Shown here: in pieces, positions 58,153-64,000 of the stretch
Layout of the letters: every line of letters begins with the position of its first letter
How positions within the stretch are numbered: the stretch's first letter is position 1
Source of the DNA: Actinomycetota bacterium
GTDB lineage: Bacteria > Actinomycetota > UBA4738
Direction of reading: 5' to 3'
NCBI GenBank assembly: GCA_036505215.1
Contig: DASXTW010000160.1
Location: 12,825 to 76,824 of the forward strand
Length of the DNA: 64,000 bases
The notes under the pieces: generated by a model
What the model was told of the DNA's origin: nothing
Databases searched by the model: none
What the model saw: only the letters and a program-made list of their open reading frames with translations
Made by a program: the position numbers and the translations under genes

Positions 58153-59264
58153 CAGGCCCTCGGGTGACTTTGTCGGTATGCGTCGAACAGCCTACCCCTT
58201 GAAACGTGGGTATACCTCTGCGTGGTGGCCAGGCTGGCGTGCCCGAGCAGGTCCTGCACGGTCCGAATATCGGCTCCACCCTCGAGCAGATGCGTGGCGA
58301 AGGAGTGGCGAAGGGTGTGCGGACTCACCTTTCGACCCTCCAGGACGGCCCGGACGTACCTGTCGACCAACGCCCGGGCGTCGCGGGGAGCCATGCGCTT
58401 CCGGCGGCGGTTGAAGAAGAGCGCGGACCGGTCCGCCTCCGCGTGGGGAGGCGATCCCTTCCGTTCTCCGTCGGGGGAGGGTACGTACGAGGTCCGCCCC
58501 GCCCGGAGATAGTCCACGACGGCTGCCGCGGCGAAGTCGCCCAGAGGCACCACGCGTTCCTTCCCGCCCTTGCCCATCACCCGAACCCGCCGTCCGTCCA
58601 CGTCCACATCTTCCACGTTCAGCCCGCAGAGCTCGGCGACCCGAAGGCCGCACCCGTATAGGAGCTCGAGCACTGCCCGGTCCCGCAGCACCCGCGGCTC
58701 GGCTGCACTCTTTGTATCGGCACGGCTCGGGCGGGCCCGTCGAGGATGGGCAGGCTGGGAGGCTCCGCCGGGATGGGGGGCGTGGGCGTTTCCCCCGGCC
58801 GGTGCGGCCACCGCGGGGGCAGTGGCCAGGAGCTCGGCCTCGGAGGCCTTGAGCACGGCGGGGAGACGGGAAGCGGGAGAAGGGCCCGACAGCATGGCCG
58901 CGGGATTGGTGGCGACCATCCCGCACCTCGTCGCCCAGGCATAGTACGTTCGGACGGCGGCGGCCTTGCGGTGCAGACTGGCTCGGGAATAGCCCCGGGT
59001 CCGGAGCTGGGCCAGCCAACGCCGGAGCGCGGCATGATCGGCGTCGGGGAGGCTCCGCCCGCCGCGCGCCAAGAAGGTCGCGAGCGACCTGATGTCGTTG
59101 CGGTAGGCCTGGACGGTGTGCGCCGAGAGCCCGCGCTCGAGATGGAGGTGGTCCACGAACGCGTCGATCGCCCCGGCATTCGCGGGCCCGACGACTACCT
59201 CGGTTGAGTTCGTATCCGCCCTCCGGTTGGTGGAATCGGCTCCCGACTTGTAGCACAACCGCAT
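58152..59264 (-). CDS. xerC: tyrosine recombinase XerC
   Basis: C-terminal [39 protein letters not shown]. The interdomain linker carries a low-complexity insertion. Confidence 0.9.
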   Translation of the reverse strand: MRLCYKSGADSTNRRADTNSTEVVVGPANAGAIDAFVDHLHLERGLSAHTVQAYRNDIRSLATFLARGGRSLPDADHAALRRWLAQLRTRGYSRASLHRKAAAVRTYYAWATRCGMVATNPAAMLSGPSPASRLPAVLKASEAELLATAPAVAAPAGGNAHAPHPGGASQPAHPRRARPSRADTKSAAEPRVLRDRAVLELLYGCGLRVAELCGLNVEDVDVDGRRVRVMGKGGKERVVPLGDFAAAAVVDYLRAGRTSYVPSPDGERKGSPPHAEADRSALFFNRRRKRMAPRDARALVDRYVRAVLEGRKVSPHTLRHSFATHLLEGGADIRTVQDLLGHASLATTQRYTHVSRGRLFDAYRQSHPRA

Positions 59265-59270
59265 GGAGGG

Positions 59271-60335
59271 TCAAGGGCTTCCCCTCTCATGCGCTCTGCG
59301 TTCGTAGCGCCCGCCCAGGTGCCGAACGAGGCTTCGCATCTCCAGCCCCACCAGCGCGGAGACGACCTCGGGCAGCCCGAGGCCTGTGCGGCGCGCCAAC
59401 GTATCCGGAGGCGAGGCCACCGTGAGGGCGTCCCAGACCTTCCGCTCTGCCCGGCCAAGCCCGGGAGCCGACGAGGCGCCCGCAGCGGGCTCGGCCGTCG
59501 CCTCAGCTGCCCCTTCCAGGCCGAGGTCCGCCAGCAAGTCTTCCGGACCTCGGATCAGGGTCGCACCGTCGCGGATGAGGGCGTGCGGCGCCCACGACAG
59601 CGGGCTGGTCACGGTGGCGGGAACGGCGAATACATCCCGCCCCACGTCCAGGGCGTGATCGGCCGTGATCATCGACCCGCTGCCCGTCGCTCCCTCCACC
59701 ACGACCACGGCCTTCGACAGGGCGGCCACGATGCGATTCCGGGCGGGGAACCGGAACGGCTCGGCGCGGACTCCGGGCGGATACTCGCTCACCAGCGCGC
59801 CCGAGACGAGAATCCGTTCCAAGAGCCGTCTGTTCGATCGAGGATACGCCACGTCGATCCCGCACCCGAGAACGGCCACGGTGGCTCCACCGGCCTCGAG
59901 GGCTCCGCGATGAGCAGCCGCGTCGATGCCTCGGGCACCGCCACTCACCACGCATGCCCCGGTCCGAGCCAACGCGGCCCCGAGCAGTGATGCGATCTCT
60001 CCGCCTGCCGGCGAGCAGTTCCGGGCGCCCACGATGGCCACGCGAGGTCCGAACTCCCCAAGCAGATGCCCCCGCACGAACAGCCCAGCGGGCGGATCGA
60101 ACAGGTCCATGAGCCCGACCGGGTATTCGTCGTCGTACACGGCGATCAGGCGGGTCCCTGCTGCTGGGAGCTTGGACAGGATGGCGGCACCGTCCATGCT
60201 TCGCGCATACGCCCGATCCCCTTCGCTGCCGATCCGCCCGGCCCTGACTGCACGCAGACATGAGCTGGCAGAGCCTCGAGCCTGAGCCGCCTCCAGGAGA
60301 CGACGGGGAGTGAGCGAGGTCAGGCTCAGGAGCAC
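59271..60335 (-). CDS. dprA: DNA-processing protein DprA
   Basis: Rossmann-like core (GARGIDAAAHRGAL). GTG 60335 is the first canonical start downstream of the yifB stop, so the start is uncertain. The track extension to 60932 overlaps yifB. Confidence 0.85.
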   Translation of the reverse strand: MLLSLTSLTPRRLLEAAQARGSASSCLRAVRAGRIGSEGDRAYARSMDGAAILSKLPAAGTRLIAVYDDEYPVGLMDLFDPPAGLFVRGHLLGEFGPRVAIVGARNCSPAGGEIASLLGAALARTGACVVSGGARGIDAAAHRGALEAGGATVAVLGCGIDVAYPRSNRRLLERILVSGALVSEYPPGVRAEPFRFPARNRIVAALSKAVVVVEGATGSGSMITADHALDVGRDVFAVPATVTSPLSWAPHALIRDGATLIRGPEDLLADLGLEGAAEATAEPAAGASSAPGLGRAERKVWDALTVASPPDTLARRTGLGLPEVVSALVGLEMRSLVRHLGGRYERRAHERGSP

Positions 60336-60439
60336 GGCCAGAGCCTCCCGATCCTCGGCTCCCGAGATGAACGACTTCGGCCAGCCCGACGACGCACTGG
60401 CGGAGAAGTGCCGATCCTCCCGTTTGGTCCGGTGATCCG

Positions 60440-62008
60440 CTATCCCACGTGGACCACGTCCCCGGAGGGGGAGGCTGCTCGGTAGCTGAGCGCTTCGGCC
60501 ATGTGCTCTGCTTCGACTCTGTCGTGCCCGGCAAGATCGGCGATCGTTCGCGCCACTTTCAGGGCCCGGTCGAAGGACCGACCGGACAGCGTCAGTCCTT
60601 CCACCGCCGCGGACAGCAGCGCCTCGGCCCGGTCGGTCATGCGGGCCTCGCGGCGAGCCACTCCGCCGGCCATCTGGGCATTGCACCTCCACGGGAAGCG
60701 AGCCATCCTCGTTCGCTGTCGTTCCCGTGCTCCCTCCACGCGGGCCCGTATGACCGAGGAGGACTCCCCCGGCTCGGACCCCAGCAGCTCGGTCCGGGTC
60801 AACCGCGGAACCGAAAGGTGAATATCGACCCGGTCCAGCATGGGCCCCGACAGCCGCTGCCGGTAGGCGTCGAGACGGTTGGGGAGGCAGCGGCAATGCC
60901 GCCGGAGGTCGCCGTCGAACCCGCACGGGCACGGGTTCGACGCTGCGACCAGAGCGAACCGGGCCGGGAACTCGACCGCGCCTGACGCCCGGGCCACCAC
61001 GATGCGGCCGTCCTCCAGGGGCTGGCGCAGCCCTTCCACCGCGTCGCGGCGAAACTCGGTGAGCTCGTCCAAGAACAACACGCCGTTGTGAGCCAATGAC
61101 GCCTCACCGGGCCTGAGGAATCCGGATCCGCCCCCGAGAAGGCCGGCGGGGGAGATGGTGTGATGCGGCGCCCGGAAGGGACGTGAGTCGACCAGGCCCC
61201 CGCCGGCCAGGATCCCTGCCACGGAGTGAAGCCGGGTCACCTCGATCGCCTCCTGCGGGGTCATCGTGGGCAGGATGGAGGGAAGGCGCCGGGCGAGCAT
61301 GGTCTTTCCCGCCCCGGGCGGGCCGATCAGCAGTGCGTTGTGTCCTCCGGCCGCGGCGATCTCCAGAGCCCGCCGGGCCACCGCCTGGCCCCGGACCTCC
61401 GAGAAGTCCACGCTCGGTCCCCGATCGTCCGACGGGGCGGGGAGAGCCCGGGATGGCTGGGGAACCCACTCCCCTCGGATGAACCCCACCACCGCTGCCA
61501 GGGAGGGGGCCGCAACCACCCGGAGTCCTTCCACGAGCTCCGCCTCGGCGAGGTTCGCCTCCGGGACGACCACACCCTCGAGCCCGCCCTTCGCCGCCGC
61601 GATGGCCACAGCAAGGATCCCAGCGGTCGCCACGAGCTCACCCTTGAGCGAGAGCTCCCCTGCGAACGCGTAGCGGGAAAGCTGCCGGCCCCGGACCTGG
61701 CCGGACGCCGCCACCACCCCGAGGGCGATCGGCAGGTCGAAACCCGGGCCGTCCTTGCGGACGCCGGCCGGGGACAAGTTGACTACCACACGTCGGAGCG
61801 GCCACTGCAGCCCGGAGCTCTCCACCGCCGGACGCACCCGCTCCCGAGCGTCCTGCACTCCTGCCCCCGGCAGCCCGGAGAGCGTGAGCGCGGGCAGCCC
61901 TCTCCCCACGTGCGCTTCCACGTTGATCAGGTGGCCGTGTACGCCCACGACGGCCACCCCGATAACTCGGCCGTACACCGCTCGCAGGGTATGTGGGACC
62001 ACCGACAC
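60440..62008 (-). CDS. yifB: YifB/ComM family Mg-chelatase-like AAA+ ATPase
   Basis: 522 aa with a Lon-like N-terminal domain, Walker A GPPGAGKT and a C-terminal ChlI-like domain. Confidence 0.92.
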   Translation of the reverse strand: MSVVPHTLRAVYGRVIGVAVVGVHGHLINVEAHVGRGLPALTLSGLPGAGVQDARERVRPAVESSGLQWPLRRVVVNLSPAGVRKDGPGFDLPIALGVVAASGQVRGRQLSRYAFAGELSLKGELVATAGILAVAIAAAKGGLEGVVVPEANLAEAELVEGLRVVAAPSLAAVVGFIRGEWVPQPSRALPAPSDDRGPSVDFSEVRGQAVARRALEIAAAGGHNALLIGPPGAGKTMLARRLPSILPTMTPQEAIEVTRLHSVAGILAGGGLVDSRPFRAPHHTISPAGLLGGGSGFLRPGEASLAHNGVLFLDELTEFRRDAVEGLRQPLEDGRIVVARASGAVEFPARFALVAASNPCPCGFDGDLRRHCRCLPNRLDAYRQRLSGPMLDRVDIHLSVPRLTRTELLGSEPGESSSVIRARVEGARERQRTRMARFPWRCNAQMAGGVARREARMTDRAEALLSAAVEGLTLSGRSFDRALKVARTIADLAGHDRVEAEHMAEALSYRAASPSGDVVHVG

Positions 62009-62093
62009 GCCCTGGCGGGATCCCTGCTGACCTGGGCAGGGGTGGAAGCGAAGTGTCTCTGGAGCGGCCGATGGGACAAGCTCAGACCAGAGA

Positions 62094-62459
62094 TCAGAAG
62101 GCGCTCTCGAACACGAAGACGGAGGGATTGCCCCGAGCGTCTACAGTCACGCTCGCCACGTCGAACCTGACGGCGCCGGCCGGCTGCCGCCGGCCAGCGA
62201 GAAACGCCTCTGCAAGGGACCGCAGCTTCCTCTGTTTCTTCCAGTTCACGGCCTCGTAGGGCCCGCCCAGCCCGAGGCCGCGCCTCGATTTCACCTCGCA
62301 GAAGACCAGCGTGGGACCCTTGGCCAGGACCAGGTCGATCTCACCGAGCGGACATCGCCAGTTTCGAGCTACCACGCGATAGCCGGCCCGACGGTAATGG
62401 GCCAGGGCCGCCGCTTCTCCCGTTCGGCCGACGTCGAGGCGCGAAGGTGGAACGCTCAC
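62094..62459 (-). CDS. yraN: YraN (UPF0102) family endonuclease-like protein
   Basis: GEAAALAHYRRAGYRVVARNWRCPLGEIDLV. GTG 62459 gives a family-typical ~121 aa, while the track start (TTG 62516) is also possible. Confidence 0.8.
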   Translation of the reverse strand: MSVPPSRLDVGRTGEAAALAHYRRAGYRVVARNWRCPLGEIDLVLAKGPTLVFCEVKSRRGLGLGGPYEAVNWKKQRKLRSLAEAFLAGRRQPAGAVRFDVASVTVDARGNPSVFVFESAF

Positions 62460-62551
62460 TGGCCAGATTGTGAACGCTGGTACCGACAGAGCTGGTCGCC
62501 CCTGCCCTCTTACCAAGCGCAGCGCGCTCAGGAGGGCGCAACGAAGAAATG

Positions 62552-62896
62552 CTACTCGAGAGAATCGCCGCGCTCGCGGGCAACGCGGAGCGCGTCGTCA
62601 GGAGCGATCTCCTTGTGGGAAAGCTCTTCGACGTTCACGTCCCGGGTGGTGACCACGTTCACCCGACTCACGAATCGCGCCGGGCGGTACATGTCCCACA
62701 CCCACGCGTCGGTCAGCTCGACCTCGAACCAGACCCCACCGGGCCCCTGGTGCTTCTGGAGGTCGACGTGGTTGGCCAGGTAGAAGCGCCGCTCGGTCTC
62801 CACGACGTAGGAGAACATGGGCACGACGTCGCGATACTCGCGCCACAGGCGGATCTCCAGGTCGTCCTCGAACCGCTCGATGTCCTCTTCGCTCAT
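62552..62896 (-). CDS. DUF2469 protein
   Basis: MSEEDIERFEDDLEIRLWREYRDVVPMF, a conserved actinobacterial protein. SD GAGGAGGAG lies before ATG 62896. Confidence 0.85.
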   Translation of the reverse strand: MSEEDIERFEDDLEIRLWREYRDVVPMFSYVVETERRFYLANHVDLQKHQGPGGVWFEVELTDAWVWDMYRPARFVSRVNVVTTRDVNVEELSHKEIAPDDALRVARERGDSLE

Positions 62897-62944
62897 CTGT
62901 CTCCTCCTCGGCACCCCGACTTCGTCGGGTTACCGACGAGCCAA

Positions 62945-62997
62945 GGGGTCCGCAGCTGCCTCGCTTCGCTCGTTGCTGCTACCCCCCTGGACCCCCC
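62945..62997 (+). repeat. GC-rich interspersed hairpin repeat, copy C (overlaps the rnhB 3' end)
   Basis: GGGGTCCgcagctgcctcgcttcgctcgttgctgctaCCCCCCTGGACCCCCC. Confidence 0.75.
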
Positions 62998-63740
62998 AGT
63001 TGCTCCAGGTCGACTACCTCGGGCTGGTCGTCCGGCTCCATGGCTCCGGCCCCCGCGCCGTCGGCTCCCTGGTGCGCATCGAGGGTCGACTCGGGGAGGT
63101 CCCTCCCGTAGAGGCGAAGGTAGGTCTCCCGGTCCTCCATGTAGAGGCCCATTCCCTTGAAGGACATCCGATGGATCGGGCACGGCCCGTACCGGGCGAT
63201 GGCAGCGCGATGAGAAGCCGTCCCGTACCCACGGTGCCGATCGAAACCGTACCGCGGGTATCGGCGGTGGTACCGCTCCATCATGCGATCCCGGGTCACC
63301 TTGGCCACCACGGAGGCGGCAGCCACCGACGCCGTGACGGCGTCGCCCTTCTTGATCGACAGGTGCGGCAGTCTGACGCCGGGCAGCGGGAACCCGTCGG
63401 TCAGGACGAAATCAGGCCGGATATCCAGGGCCTTGATGGCAAGACGAAGCAACCGCAGATTCGACACGTGCAGCCCCCGGCTGTCGATCCGCCGTGGGAA
63501 CGACCGGCACACGGCTACCGAGACCGCGCCGTCCCGGATCCGGTCGAACCACATATCGCGCTGTAGCGGCGTGAGGAGCTTGGAATCCGCCAGCCCGTCC
63601 ACGTCGAAGACGCCCGGCAGGATCACGGCCGCGGCCAGCAGCGGACCGGCCAGGGCCCCCCTCCCCGCCTCGTCCACACCCGCAATGAGGCGGAACCCCT
63701 CCGCGTGGAGCTGGCGCTCGTAGTGGTCGATGGGCCTCAT
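62979..63740 (-). CDS. rnhB: ribonuclease HII
   Basis: IAGVDEAGRGALAGPL...DSK. I prefer the internal ATG 63740 to avoid overlap with lepB; the track start is 63779. Confidence 0.92.
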   Translation of the reverse strand: MRPIDHYERQLHAEGFRLIAGVDEAGRGALAGPLLAAAVILPGVFDVDGLADSKLLTPLQRDMWFDRIRDGAVSVAVCRSFPRRIDSRGLHVSNLRLLRLAIKALDIRPDFVLTDGFPLPGVRLPHLSIKKGDAVTASVAAASVVAKVTRDRMMERYHRRYPRYGFDRHRGYGTASHRAAIARYGPCPIHRMSFKGMGLYMEDRETYLRLYGRDLPESTLDAHQGADGAGAGAMEPDDQPEVVDLEQLGGPGG

Positions 63741-63760
63741 GTCGTCCGAGGCCGACTTCG

Positions 63761-64000
63761 TCAGGTCCCGTGCAGCCACCCGATCCTCGATGGCGGCCAG
63801 ATGACGACGAAGGCGCGGCCGATCACCTTGTCGTATGGGATGAAGCCTAGCCCGTACCGCGAGTCCTTGGAGTCCGTGCGGTTGTCTCCCATCACGAACA
63901 GGCTACCTGCTGGCACTCGAACCGGACCGAACGGGCGGACGTCCTTCACCCTGATGTACGGCTCCTTCAGTGGCTTCCCGTCGATGTAGACGGTCCCGTC
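63761..64000 (-). CDS. lepB: signal peptidase I (N-terminal part beyond window edge)
   Basis: VMGDNRTDSKDSRYGLGFIP is box D/E of SPase I. The frame stays open upstream to the window edge (DGTVYIDGKPLKEPYIRV...). Confidence 0.85.
   Translation of the reverse strand, partial: DGTVYIDGKPLKEPYIRVKDVRPFGPVRVPAGSLFVMGDNRTDSKDSRYGLGFIPYDKVIGRAFVVIWPPSRIGWLHGT

Overview
The window is a visibly GC-rich, gene-dense chromosomal core segment with actinobacterial-type synteny. The presence of RNase Y suggests a deep-branching lineage such as Acidimicrobiia, but that is inference only. Almost all genes are on the minus strand:
- dapL-dapF-miaA-miaB, rny, recX-recA, thpR-cinA-pgsA, ftsK, rnj, dapA, dapB, an M16 protease, pnp-rpsO, ribF
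- truB-nrnA-rbfA-DUF503-infB-ylxR-nusA-rimP, proS, ispG, a two-component system, rseP-dxr-cdsA-frr-pyrH-tsf-rpsB
- M23 peptidase-whiG-xerC-dprA-yifB-yraN-DUF2469-rnhB-lepB

Plus-strand exceptions are ppa, a small accessory island (18.0-20.6 kb), a decayed HNH/DUF222 gene and an orphan ABC substrate-binding protein. Many neighbouring genes overlap by 4 nt or 1 nt (ATGA, GTGA, TGATG), which indicates translational coupling. The ORF track often over-extends N-termini into upstream genes, so I trimmed starts where domain onset, a Shine-Dalgarno (SD) sequence or an upstream stop supports it.

I saw no rRNA, tRNA, CRISPR array or intact mobile element, and I did not find a clear multi-gene novel system such as a defence island. 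The most interesting observations are:
1. A DsrE-like gene is split by an in-frame TGA at a Cys-equivalent position, with a SECIS-like hairpin just downstream. This is a candidate selenoprotein hidden from the ORF track.
2. A GC-rich hairpin repeat that I cannot name occurs in three clear intergenic copies.
3. Strong intrinsic terminators sit immediately upstream of rny and of rimP-nusA-infB, which looks like leader attenuation.
4. Two identical perfect LexA boxes are present, one upstream of recA and one on the start of the HNH remnant.
5. pgsA has conserved N-terminal coding sequence upstream of any canonical start codon.

Coordinates of small hand-counted motifs may be off by 1-2 nt.
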